Shown in pieces: positions 34,462 through 42,976 of a DNA stretch of 42,976 nt (position 1 is the first letter of the stretch; the number at the start of each line of letters is the position of its first letter). The position numbers and the translations under genes were made by a program. The notes under the pieces were generated by a model. The model was not told where the DNA came from and did no database searches. It saw nothing but the letters and a program-made list of their open reading frames with translations. The stretch is from a virus (taxonomy: Duplodnaviria; Caudoviricetes). Location of the stretch: positions 1 through 42,976 of IMG/VR virus record IMGVR_UViG_3300017747_001641. One strand, 5' to 3'.

Positions 34462-34731
34462 CTATTTCAGGTTGACGTGCGCGTCAACTTCGCCGCTGCT
34501 TTGTCAATTATATGGTATGCCGTGTCAACTTATAACGTGACATCAAGATTTTTCGGGTGCGTTTTATAGGTTGAGTCCACGCCGCCGCCAACGCGCCTCC
34601 GCCTACAAGGAACTATCACGGGGGGAGTGTGAGGGGGGACGCGGCGCGGGGGTGTGTATGGCGGAATACTTGAGCAAAACAGTTGACTACTGAGTAGTCA
34701 ACAAAAACAGTCGGGTATTAACCTGTAAAAC

Positions 34732-34760
34732 TTGCCATAGGAGTTGAACTGTGAGACAAT
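34732..34760 (+). promoter_or_regulatory. sigma70-type promoter of the isolated 34817 gene
   Basis: TTGCCA-17 nt-GACAAT with extended -10 TG. Confidence 0.55.
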
Positions 34761-34816
34761 GTAGTTACTGGTTCAGGTGAACCAGTGGTAGTCAACTAAC
34801 CTTAGGAGTCCATAGC

Positions 34817-35386
34817 ATGAAAACGAAACCGACAGCAGCGTTCGTCCCGTCCGCCCTTCCCGTTTCACTGGTGGCCGAAACCATCGATACCTTTTCCGGC
34901 CAGCATGGCCAGAATAAAAAATGGCGGCACCTTGCCGACAGGTATTTCGATGAAGGTGTTACCGTCGCCATGCTGGAATCGAAAGTAGTAGAGGGCAAAG
35001 GCGAGACCAACAAACTGTTGCAGGACGTGATGGCGCTCGCTGTCCTCTCGATGGTGCCGGAAGATCAGGCGCTCTACAGTAAACCGAAGGATACATTGAA
35101 GGGGCAGTTACAGAAAAACGCCCGTCGAGCGCTTGAGAAGGATGTCGAGCGTATCGTCCGCACGCTGTTGAATCACTTGGCAGCATCAGAGGCCGCCGGT
35201 CAAAAGCGTCCGCCAAAATTGCCGGAAGGGTTGCACGCTAAACTGGTGAAACTACTTGATAGCGGTATCAAGGCCATACAGCGTGATGACGGCAAACGGG
35301 GCGCGCCGATAGCAGCGTATTTGAAAGCTTTTCAGGACTGTAAGGCCACCATCAATACCGCCAGCAAGTCCGGCGGCATCCAGTAA
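34817..35386 (+). CDS. Stand-alone hypothetical protein (189 aa)
   Basis: AGGAG RBS; own promoter and terminator. Confidence 0.8.
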   Translation: MKTKPTAAFVPSALPVSLVAETIDTFSGQHGQNKKWRHLADRYFDEGVTVAMLESKVVEGKGETNKLLQDVMALAVLSMVPEDQALYSKPKDTLKGQLQKNARRALEKDVERIVRTLLNHLAASEAAGQKRPPKLPEGLHAKLVKLLDSGIKAIQRDDGKRGAPIAAYLKAFQDCKATINTASKSGGIQ

Positions 35387-35413
35387 ACCGCACCAGTAGC
35401 ACCCGCAGCACTG

Positions 35414-35439
35414 ACCGCCCTTCGGGGCGGTTTTTTTTT
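35414..35439 (+). terminator. Rho-independent terminator
   Basis: ACCGCCC-TTCG-GGGCGG followed by T9. Confidence 0.92.
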
Positions 35440-35660
35440 CGCCCGAAACCCGCGCCCTGGCATCAACCCGCGCCCTGGCATCAACCCAAAAACCACCAGA
35501 GCCGACCCCACCCGACCCCGACCCCCCAGATTGGATTTACCTCCTGCCATGGCCTACTACGCACTCTGATCCGCACAAATAATTCCATCATTTTCAAACT
35601 CAGTAACCTACAAAATATCCCACAGGGGTAGGCCCACCCCATCAATATAGAACACCCCCC

Positions 35661-35864
35661 GTTAGGGACTCCTAACCTCCTGCTAGTTTTTGGAACGATC
35701 GTGCCAAAATTGAGAACGCTTCTTGTTTGTGACGGTGTGACGGTTGTGATGGTGGTTCCGTATCTTTTTTGTATAAACAAATAAAAGGGCCCTAGAAGAA
35801 AAATAACGACCTACCGTCACAACCGTCACACCGTCACACATCCCCCGGTTAGGGACTCCTAACC
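35661..35864. repeat. Symmetric element: 26-bp inverted repeat of TGTGACGG iterons around an AT-rich spacer, flanked by a duplicated palindrome
   Basis: 35728-35753 versus 35813-35838 are 25/26 complementary; GTTAGGGACTCCTAACC at 35661-35677 and 35848-35864. Confidence 0.85.
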
Positions 35865-35869
35865 ATCCC

Positions 35870-35899
35870 TTGACACGCCCACCCATTTCACTATATAAA
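35870..35899 (+). promoter_or_regulatory. Possible promoter for packaging/head genes
   Basis: TTGACA-18 nt-TATAAA upstream of the terS-like gene; -10 is imperfect. Confidence 0.4.
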
Positions 35900-35930
35900 A
35901 CATCCTAACTACTGGTGCCAAACCACCTGC

Positions 35931-36614
35931 ATGATTGAGTTACACCCACAATTTGAATCCGGCGTACCTTCCGACCATGTTGCGAAGGTGCAAGACCTAT
36001 CGTTGCTCGAACGGGCTAAACTTGCCGTTCATACGTTCCACACCCTGAACGAAGCCGCAGACCCCTACCCCAACAGCACGACCGATGTAGACGACCTATT
36101 TGACGGTGCTGACCCCCTTGCAGAAATTGAGCATAAGGCGGTAAATCAGGCGGTGCTGGACTTGGCGGACCCGAAGGCTACCCAAGAAACCCTAAATAAG
36201 ACGCTGGCGCAGGCCTATAAGTACTCCCGCCCTGCCGTAAAACGCTTGGATCGGGTGCTGTCTGAGCTGGATGAAGAGATTGTCAATGTGGCGATCCGGC
36301 TGCGGGCTTACACCACCAACAAACTGATTGAAGAATCCGAGAACCCCGACCCAAAGGTGCGGATCAAGGCGCTGGAGCTGCTGGGCAAGGTCAAAGACGT
36401 AGGGCTTTTCTCAGAGCGTGTTGAAATTACACACAAAACCAAGTCCGACGAGGAGCTTGAGGCGGAGATTCGCCAGCGGCTTGAGGTGTATATGGGCAAC
36501 GCCGACGTTGTAGACGCAGAGGAAGCGCCGCAACCCGAAGAAGAGACCCCGATCGACGCTATAAAAGCGGTCGTGGATGTAAAAATAGTCGCAGAACCCT
36601 CCGGCGCACAGTAA
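35931..36614 (+). CDS. terS: Probable terminase small subunit
   Basis: Directly upstream of terL; RIKALELLGK..GLFSERVEI motif typical of small terminases. Confidence 0.65.
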   Translation: MIELHPQFESGVPSDHVAKVQDLSLLERAKLAVHTFHTLNEAADPYPNSTTDVDDLFDGADPLAEIEHKAVNQAVLDLADPKATQETLNKTLAQAYKYSRPAVKRLDRVLSELDEEIVNVAIRLRAYTTNKLIEESENPDPKVRIKALELLGKVKDVGLFSERVEITHKTKSDEELEAEIRQRLEVYMGNADVVDAEEAPQPEEETPIDAIKAVVDVKIVAEPSGAQ

Positions 36615-36620
36615 ACAGCC

Positions 36621-38201
36621 GTGCCGATACCCTCTTTCGACGAGATTAAGCGCAATCCGGCCCTCTTGTCGGCGCTACCCCGGGCGGAAAAAGAGCGGGT
36701 TTTGAAACTCTTGGATGAGTGGATGCTCCGGCAGGCTAAGAAACAGTCCAAGCAGCACCTTTTAGCCTTTATTTTGCACATTGACCCCGAGTACAAAGTC
36801 GGCCAGCACCATAGACGCCTTGCTGCCCTGTTAGAAGCTATAGCCCGGGGCGAAAAAGACCGGATTTGCGTCAATATGGCACCCCGGATGGGTAAATCTC
36901 ACCTTGTGTCGTACTACTACCCCGCGTGGTTTATCGCCAACTACCCCGACAAGAAGATCATGATGGTCAGCCACACGGCTGATTTGGCGGTTGATTTTGG
37001 TCGAAAGGTGCGGAACTTGGTTGGGTCGGAAAAATATCAGGAGCTGTTCCCGGACATAGCCTTATCCGCAGATTCCAAGAGTGCCGGACGGTGGAACACT
37101 AACCACGGGGGTGAGTATTTTGCCGTGGGTGTGGGGGGTGCTATCGCTGGACGTGGTGCAGACCTGCTGCTGATTGACGACCCCCATAATGAGCAGGACA
37201 TTATTAACGGTAACTTAGACATCTTCGATAAAGCCTACGAGTGGTACACCACTGGTGCGCGTACGCGCTTGATGCCGGGAGGCCGTGTGGCTGTGGTGCA
37301 GACCCGTTGGGCGACGAACGACCTGACGGGGCGGTTGTGCAGAGACATGACCATGAACGAGGGGGCAGACCAGTATGAGGTTGTCGAGTTTCCGGCGATC
37401 TTGGAGAAGGAAGAACCGGACGAGGAAGGCAATACCACCCTAGTCTATAAGTCATTGTGGCCGGAGCAGTGGCCGCTGGACGCGCTCTTAAGAACCAAAG
37501 CCTCGATGCCTGCGTTCCAGTGGAACGCCCAGTACATGCAGAACCCCACCTCTGAGGAGGGGGCCATCGTCAAGCGCGAGTGGTGGCGGGTATGGGAGGA
37601 CGAGCGGCCTCCGCTGTGCGACTTCATTGTGCAGACGTGGGACACGGCGTTTGAGAAAAGTTCCCGGGCCGACTATTCTGCCTGCACGACGTGGGGAGTG
37701 TGGTACCCCGAGTCTGCCCCTGATGACAGCACGACCGGACGGGCCAACGTGGTGCTGCTGGACGCCTTCAAGGACCGGATGGAGTTCCCGGAGCTGAAGA
37801 AGTTGGCGTTCGAGAAGTTCAAGGAGTGGGAGTCGCTAGGGGTGCCGATGACCCTGATCGTGGAGAAAAAAGCCTCCGGGGCCCCCCTAATCTACGAGTT
37901 GAGACAAATGGGGCTGGTGGTGGGAGAATATACCCCGAGCAAGGGGCAGGATAAGATTGCCCGGTTGAACAGCGTATCGGACATGTTTGCCACAGGCATG
38001 GTGTGGGCACCGCAGACCCGATGGGCTGAAGAAGTGGTCAACGAGGTTGCAGAGTTCCCGGCAGGCCAGCATGACGACTATGTGGACGCTGTAACACTTG
38101 CGTTGATGAGAATACGGCAGGGTGGGTTCATCAGGTTGCCACACGATGAGCAAGACCCGGTGCGGCAGTTTAAGCGACGTAGACAGGCAGGATACTACTA
38201 G
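36621..38201 (+). CDS. terL: Terminase large subunit
   Basis: Walker A APRMGKS, GRGADLLLIDDP, QTRW, YMQNP; nuclease motifs WDTA, DYSA, VEKKASG, HDDYVDA. Confidence 0.96.
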   Translation: MPIPSFDEIKRNPALLSALPRAEKERVLKLLDEWMLRQAKKQSKQHLLAFILHIDPEYKVGQHHRRLAALLEAIARGEKDRICVNMAPRMGKSHLVSYYYPAWFIANYPDKKIMMVSHTADLAVDFGRKVRNLVGSEKYQELFPDIALSADSKSAGRWNTNHGGEYFAVGVGGAIAGRGADLLLIDDPHNEQDIINGNLDIFDKAYEWYTTGARTRLMPGGRVAVVQTRWATNDLTGRLCRDMTMNEGADQYEVVEFPAILEKEEPDEEGNTTLVYKSLWPEQWPLDALLRTKASMPAFQWNAQYMQNPTSEEGAIVKREWWRVWEDERPPLCDFIVQTWDTAFEKSSRADYSACTTWGVWYPESAPDDSTTGRANVVLLDAFKDRMEFPELKKLAFEKFKEWESLGVPMTLIVEKKASGAPLIYELRQMGLVVGEYTPSKGQDKIARLNSVSDMFATGMVWAPQTRWAEEVVNEVAEFPAGQHDDYVDAVTLALMRIRQGGFIRLPHDEQDPVRQFKRRRQAGYY

Positions 38202-38212
38202 GAGTTTACGGA

Positions 38213-38554
38213 ATGGCTAAGTCTCTTGTAAACGAAAAGGCTTTGCGGGCTGCATATCAGCTGCTCAAGGTGACGACGTTCAAGGACGTGAAGCTGCCGA
38301 CCGCCAGTAGGGTGACTTTTAGAGCAGCAAAGCTGAAGAAGTATCACGCATTATACGAGTGGCCCGAACATGTAATGACCGTGAATGTGGACACAGAGGC
38401 CTTGTCGGATATGCTGAAGATTGTTGCGCACGAAATGATACACATAGCACTAGAGCACAACGCCAAGTGTGATCACGACCACCACGATGAGAATTTCATT
38501 GAGATGGCTAATCAGGTCTGCAGGGACTTGAAATGGGACGGCGGCGTTTTGTAA
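38213..38554 (+). CDS. SprT-like zinc metalloprotease
   Basis: VAHEMIH followed by HDHHDENF; AGGAG RBS. Confidence 0.7.
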   Translation: MAKSLVNEKALRAAYQLLKVTTFKDVKLPTASRVTFRAAKLKKYHALYEWPEHVMTVNVDTEALSDMLKIVAHEMIHIALEHNAKCDHDHHDENFIEMANQVCRDLKWDGGVL

Positions 38555-38576
38555 GACAATTTTTTAAGGATAAATC

Positions 38577-40994
38577 ATGGCAATAGACAAAGCGCTGTAC
38601 GAGGCCCCGCAAGGGTTAGACGCATTGGTGATCCCGAACGCTGAAGTGGAGATCGAGATCGAGCTCCCGGGCGATGAGGACGAGCAGCCGACAATGGCTG
38701 AAGAAGACGAGTTCGGTGAGAACCTTGCCGAGAAGATCGACGACAACACCTTGCAGACGATGGCCGCAGAACTGTATGGCCACTACGACGCCGATATTCG
38801 TAGCCGCAAGGACTGGATGGAGACCTACGTCAAAGGTCTGAAGCTGCTGGGCCTGAAGTACGAGGAGCGCAGTGAGCCGTGGTCGGGCGCGTGTGGTGTG
38901 TTCCACCCGATGATCATGGAGAGCGCGGTTAAGTTTCAGTCCGAGACCATCATGGAGACGTTCCCCGCAGCGGGTCCGGTCAAGACTGTGATCATTGGCA
39001 AGGACACCAAAGAGAAGGAAGAAGCCTCGGTCCGCGTCAAAGAGGACATGAACTACCAGCTGACGGAGAAGATGCCGGAGTACCGTCCGGAGCATGAGCG
39101 GATGCTGTTTGCCCTGTGTTTGGCGGGTAACGCGTTCAAGAAGGTGTATTTCGACCCCTCGCTCAACCGCCAAGTCTCTATGTTCGTGCCCGCTGAGGAC
39201 ATAGTCGTGCCCTATGGCGCGTCAGACCTTAATAGCACTCCGCGTGTAACCCACCGGATGCGCAAGACCAAGAACGAGCTCCGCAAGCTACAGGTGGCTG
39301 GGTTCTATTGCGACTGTGATCTGGGCGACCCGGTTAAAGTACTGGATGACATCGAGAAGCAAAAGGCAGAAGAACAAGGGTTCAGCGCCGAGGTAGACGA
39401 CCGCTATCAGTTACTGGAGATGTGTGTTGATCTGGACTTAGAGCTATACGACTTCACGGACAAATACGCCAAAGGTATGGATGGTGTAGCCGTGCCGTAC
39501 ATCGTGACGATTGAAAAGGGCACCCAGAAAGTATTGGCTATCCGTCGCAACTGGCTGGAGGACGACGAGACCAAACAGAAGCGCCAGCACTTCGTGCATT
39601 ACGGCTATATCCCCGGCTTTGGCTTCTACTGCTTCGGGTTGATTCACCTGATTGGTGGTCACGCCAACGCGGCTACTTCGCTGATGCGTCAACTGGTTGA
39701 TGCGGGTACGCTGGCGAACCTGCCGGGTGGCTTCAAGTCTCGTGGCCTGCGTGTAAAGGGTGACGATACACCGATTGCTCCGGGCGAGTTCCGCGACGTC
39801 GATGTGCCGAGCGGCACCATGCGAGACAACATCCTGCCCCTGCCGTATAAAGAACCGAGTCAGACCCTCGTGATGCTGATGGACAAGATTGTCGCGGACG
39901 CCCAGCGGTTCGCAGCTACGGCTGATATGAAGGTGTCGGACATGTCAGCCCAAGCCCCCGTCGGGACAACTTTGGCGATTCTGGAGCGGATGCTGAAGAT
40001 CATGAGCGCTGTTCAGGCTCGCATTCACTACGCGATGAAGCAGGAGTTCAAGCTCCTCAAAGACATCATCCGTGATAACACCCCCGAGGAGTACAGCTAC
40101 GAGCCAGAGGTGGGTGACCGCAAGGCTAAGCGTTCGGACTACGACATGGTGGAGGTGATCCCGGTCTCTGACCCGAACGCGGCGACAATGAGCCAGAAAG
40201 TTGTGCAGTACCAAGCGGTGATGCAGCTCGCTCAGGGTGCTCCGCAGATTTATGACCTGAAGTTCCTGCACCGCCAGATGCTTGATGTGCTGGGTATCAA
40301 GAACGCCGCCAAGCTGGTGCCGACCGACGACGACCAGAAGCCGACCGATCCGGTGACGGAGAACATGAACATCCTGATGGCCAAGCCGGTAAAAGCGTTC
40401 ATGTATCAGGACCATGAGGCGCACATTGCTGTACATATGGCGGCAATTCAGGACCCGAAGATTGCAGCAATCATGGGTCAGAACCCGATGGCACAGACCA
40501 TCATGGCTGCAGCCGCAGCACACATTACCGAGCACGTCGCCTTCCAGTATCGTCGGGAGATCGAGAAACAGCTTGGTAGCGCCCTGCCCAACCCCGAAGA
40601 GCAGCTGCCGGAGGATATTGAAGTCGCTTTGTCACAGCTCACCGCACAGGCTGCCAGCAGGCTCCTGCAGAAAGACCAAGCCGAGGCCGCAGCACAACAG
40701 GCCGCGCAGCAGGCCCAAGACCCGCTTATCCAGATGCAGATGAAAGAGTTGGCCATCAAGGAGCAGGAGGTTCAGCTCAAAGCGCAGAAACAACAACAGG
40801 ACGCGGCTTTCAGGGAGAAACAGCTGGCCGCTACATCTGCTGCCAAGGCCGACGAGCTGGCGATCAAAGAGAAAGATCAGATCATCCGCGCAGCTTCTGA
40901 GTCCGATCGTGGTGACCGGGAAGAAGCCCGGGATAAGCAGAAGATAAATCTGGAAATCAGCAAACTCTTACGTGAATCCACTAGGAACAAATAA
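38577..40994 (+). CDS. Portal protein
   Basis: 805 aa after terL; PWSGACGVFHP, FKKVYFD, LVDAGTLANLPGG, Q-rich C-terminal barrel. Confidence 0.9.
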   Translation: MAIDKALYEAPQGLDALVIPNAEVEIEIELPGDEDEQPTMAEEDEFGENLAEKIDDNTLQTMAAELYGHYDADIRSRKDWMETYVKGLKLLGLKYEERSEPWSGACGVFHPMIMESAVKFQSETIMETFPAAGPVKTVIIGKDTKEKEEASVRVKEDMNYQLTEKMPEYRPEHERMLFALCLAGNAFKKVYFDPSLNRQVSMFVPAEDIVVPYGASDLNSTPRVTHRMRKTKNELRKLQVAGFYCDCDLGDPVKVLDDIEKQKAEEQGFSAEVDDRYQLLEMCVDLDLELYDFTDKYAKGMDGVAVPYIVTIEKGTQKVLAIRRNWLEDDETKQKRQHFVHYGYIPGFGFYCFGLIHLIGGHANAATSLMRQLVDAGTLANLPGGFKSRGLRVKGDDTPIAPGEFRDVDVPSGTMRDNILPLPYKEPSQTLVMLMDKIVADAQRFAATADMKVSDMSAQAPVGTTLAILERMLKIMSAVQARIHYAMKQEFKLLKDIIRDNTPEEYSYEPEVGDRKAKRSDYDMVEVIPVSDPNAATMSQKVVQYQAVMQLAQGAPQIYDLKFLHRQMLDVLGIKNAAKLVPTDDDQKPTDPVTENMNILMAKPVKAFMYQDHEAHIAVHMAAIQDPKIAAIMGQNPMAQTIMAAAAAHITEHVAFQYRREIEKQLGSALPNPEEQLPEDIEVALSQLTAQAASRLLQKDQAEAAAQQAAQQAQDPLIQMQMKELAIKEQEVQLKAQKQQQDAAFREKQLAATSAAKADELAIKEKDQIIRAASESDRGDREEARDKQKINLEISKLLRESTRNK

Positions 40995-41188
40995 TGGACG
41001 GCATTGAACTGCTCCTCAAGCGTAACGACGAGGAGCGCAAAGCGTTAATCGAAGTCATCGTTTCAGGCGGTGTGAGTGACTTTGAGAATTACAAACACAT
41101 TTGCGGGGTAATTCGGGGTCTCGACCTTGCGGATGAACATATTAGAGACCTTGCAAAAAGGATGAAAGACGATGACGACAACGACTGA
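40994..41188 (+). CDS. Small head-module protein (64 aa)
   Basis: TAATG overlap with the portal gene; motif DFENYK..CG.IRGL. Confidence 0.7.
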   Translation: MDGIELLLKRNDEERKALIEVIVSGGVSDFENYKHICGVIRGLDLADEHIRDLAKRMKDDDDND

Positions 41189-41585
41189 GCAGGTGCCCCA
41201 AACCGCACTTGAACAGAAGTGGGCCGCAGATAGCGCAGAAGCAGAACGTAAGGCTAAGCAGTTGCCTGACCCGCAGGGATACCGAATCCTGTGCGCAATA
41301 CCGGAGTTCGAGAATAAGTACGACAGCGGCATTATCAAGGCGGATATCACCTTGCAGCACGAGGAGATTCTGACCACGGTGTTGTTCGTCGTGAAACTCG
41401 GTCCGGATGCGTACAAAGACCCGGTGAAGTTCCCGACAGGACCGTGGTGTAAAGAGGGTGATTTTGTGATTGTCCGCTCCAACAGCGGCACCCGTCTGGA
41501 TATCCATGGCAAAGAGTTCCGCATCATCAACGACGATACGGTCGAAGCGGTGGTCGAAGACCCCCGTGGAATCCGTCGCAAATAA
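41172..41585 (+). CDS. groES: GroES-like co-chaperonin
   Basis: LPDPQGYRIL, SGII, VVKLGPDAY, WCKEGDFV, G..FRIINDD.V.AVV. Confidence 0.88.
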   Translation: MTTTTEQVPQTALEQKWAADSAEAERKAKQLPDPQGYRILCAIPEFENKYDSGIIKADITLQHEEILTTVLFVVKLGPDAYKDPVKFPTGPWCKEGDFVIVRSNSGTRLDIHGKEFRIINDDTVEAVVEDPRGIRRK

Positions 41586-41595
41586 GGAGTAACAC

Positions 41596-42558
41596 ATGAA
41601 CCAACCCGCATTCAAGTTCCCCGACGAGATTGAGGACAAAAAGGACGAGGCGAAGGGGCCGGAAGGCGTAGAAATAGAAATCGTAGACGATACTCCGCCT
41701 GAAGATCGCGGTAGGGAGCCCCTCCCAGAGAATATCAAAAAAGAGCTGGAAGAGGATGACCTTGAGGAATATTCCGAGAAGGTCAAGAAGCGCCTCTCTC
41801 AGATGAAGAAGGTCTGGCACGACGAGCGCCGGGAGAAGGAAGCCGCCCTGCGTGAGCGTGAAGAAGCCCTGCGGTTTGCCCAAGTAAAAGACAGTGAAAT
41901 CAAGAAGTTACGCGATGAACTGGGCACCGGACGTCAAACTTATTTTGACGACATGACCAAGGCGGCAGAGACTGAAATTGCTACCGCCAAAGAGAAGGTC
42001 AAACAGGCATATGAGACCGGAGACCCCAGTCTGATTGCAGATGCCCAAGAGGCTTTGACCGATGCTAAGGTCAAAATGCAAACGCTTAAATTTCAGCGTC
42101 CCCCTTTACAACCTGTAGAAAAAGATGTAGAACACACCCAACAGTACCAAGAACCCCGGCCTGTTGCCGACCCGAAAGCGGAAGCTTGGAGGTCAAAAAA
42201 TACATGGTTCGGTGTTGATGAGGAGATGACTAGCCTCGCCCTTGGTCTGCACCAAAGACTAGTCCGGCAGGGTCTTGACCCGCGTAGTGATGACTACTAC
42301 AGCCGTGTGGATGAAACCATGAGGAAACGGTTTCCAGAGTACTTCGACGAAGAGCCGAAGGATACCGAGGAACCCGAGACTCGACCGGCGGCAAAAGAGA
42401 AATCTGAGCCCCGCAAAGCGGCCACAGTAGTGGCTCCGGCAACGCGAAGCACCGCGCCCAAGAAAGTGCGATTGACGCAAACGCAGCTGGCGTTGGCCAA
42501 ACGACTTGGCCTTACCCCTGAAGCGTACGCTCAAGAACTTATTAAACTGGAGAACTAA
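41596..42558 (+). CDS. Probable capsid scaffolding protein
   Basis: Acidic coiled coil; W..KN.WFG; C-terminal LT..Q.ALAKRLGLT.E.YA; position after portal/GroES. Confidence 0.72.
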   Translation: MNQPAFKFPDEIEDKKDEAKGPEGVEIEIVDDTPPEDRGREPLPENIKKELEEDDLEEYSEKVKKRLSQMKKVWHDERREKEAALREREEALRFAQVKDSEIKKLRDELGTGRQTYFDDMTKAAETEIATAKEKVKQAYETGDPSLIADAQEALTDAKVKMQTLKFQRPPLQPVEKDVEHTQQYQEPRPVADPKAEAWRSKNTWFGVDEEMTSLALGLHQRLVRQGLDPRSDDYYSRVDETMRKRFPEYFDEEPKDTEEPETRPAAKEKSEPRKAATVVAPATRSTAPKKVRLTQTQLALAKRLGLTPEAYAQELIKLEN

Positions 42559-42559
42559 A

Positions 42560-42976
42560 ATGGCTGAAAATCGAATCGCTCGTGAGTTGCAAACACGCGA
42601 AACTACGCAGCGCAAGGCGTCATGGCAACAACCTAACCTGCTCCCCACTCCTGCCCCGCAGGACGGATACGGGTTTCGTTGGATTCGGACTAGTTTGATG
42701 GGTAAAGCAGACCCCACCAATATTTCCGCAAAATTTCGTGAACACTGGGTGCCGGTGAAAGCCGAAGACCACCCGGAGATGATGATTTACGCCGATCCTG
42801 ACAGTCGTTTCAAAGACAACATCGAGGTTGGCGGACTGCTGTTGTGTAAGGCCCCGAACGAGGTTATTGAGCAGCGCAATGATTTTTATGCGCAACAAGC
42901 TCAGTCCCAAATCGAGGCTGTGGACAATAGCTTTATGAAACAAAACGATGCACGGATGCCGCTGTTCAACGAGCGC
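42560..42976 (+). CDS. Conserved head-module protein, 3'-truncated (MAENRIARELQTRE..FRWIRTS..GGLLLCK)
   Basis: ATG 42560 with GGAG RBS; open to the window end (139 codons); missing from the ORF track because it has no stop. Confidence 0.8.
   Translation, partial: MAENRIARELQTRETTQRKASWQQPNLLPTPAPQDGYGFRWIRTSLMGKADPTNISAKFREHWVPVKAEDHPEMMIYADPDSRFKDNIEVGGLLLCKAPNEVIEQRNDFYAQQAQSQIEAVDNSFMKQNDARMPLFNER

Larger units (their letters stand above)
1..42976. mobile_element. Tailed dsDNA bacteriophage genome segment (podovirus-like organisation)
   Basis: Terminase, portal, scaffold, GroES, PolA, primase-helicase and giant internal-protein genes in two divergent arms; no host housekeeping genes; no integrase seen in the window. 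Confidence 0.97.

Noticed and set aside
35447-35487. 18-bp tandem duplication AACCCGCGCCCTGGCATC x2
   Set aside because: Real but only two copies after a terminator; no further support for a function.
35505-35550. Partial gapped self-matches of array units (23290 and 23236 units) to the C-rich stretch upstream of terS
   Set aside because: Only 4-5 of 8-9 dinucleotides match in low-complexity sequence, which is expected by chance; a full self-target search was not possible by eye.
1-42976. tRNA genes, integrase/att site, diversity-generating retroelement
   Set aside because: No cloverleaf with T-loop consensus, recombinase motifs or reverse transcriptase recognised by eye; a tRNAscan/HMM run would be needed to exclude them formally.

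Overview
The whole window is a ~43 kb piece of a tailed dsDNA phage genome with podovirus-like gene order; no integrase, major capsid, tail or lysis genes are visible here. The + strand 1-11541 carries putative internal-virion/ejection genes, ending in a 2365-aa polyvalent protein with L,D-transpeptidase-like, zincin and PLxRFG domains. The - strand 11627-32845 is one long early/replication arm: primase-helicase, SSB, SNF2 helicase, HNH, Cas4-like nuclease, PolA, VRR-NUC, ParB-like, MoxR/VWA and many small ORFs. Region 32846-35930 is a repeat-rich control region with promoters, a boxA-like site and two origin-like iteron clusters. The + strand 35931-end holds terS, terL, portal, GroES and scaffold. 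The main discovery is a compact three-part locus at 22317-24025: a stand-alone RAMP (Cas7/Csm3-like) gene, followed 1 nt after its stop by a ~550-nt non-coding array, followed by a 153-aa accessory gene. The array has 10 units built from a strict 5-nt GGY-NN period and delimited by ACGGCAGG. It looks like a non-CRISPR RNA-guided system whose variable dinucleotides may encode a gapped target. The phage also encodes an AcrIII-1 (DUF1874)-like ring nuclease as its first clear early gene. All family calls come from motif recognition by eye, not from database searches.
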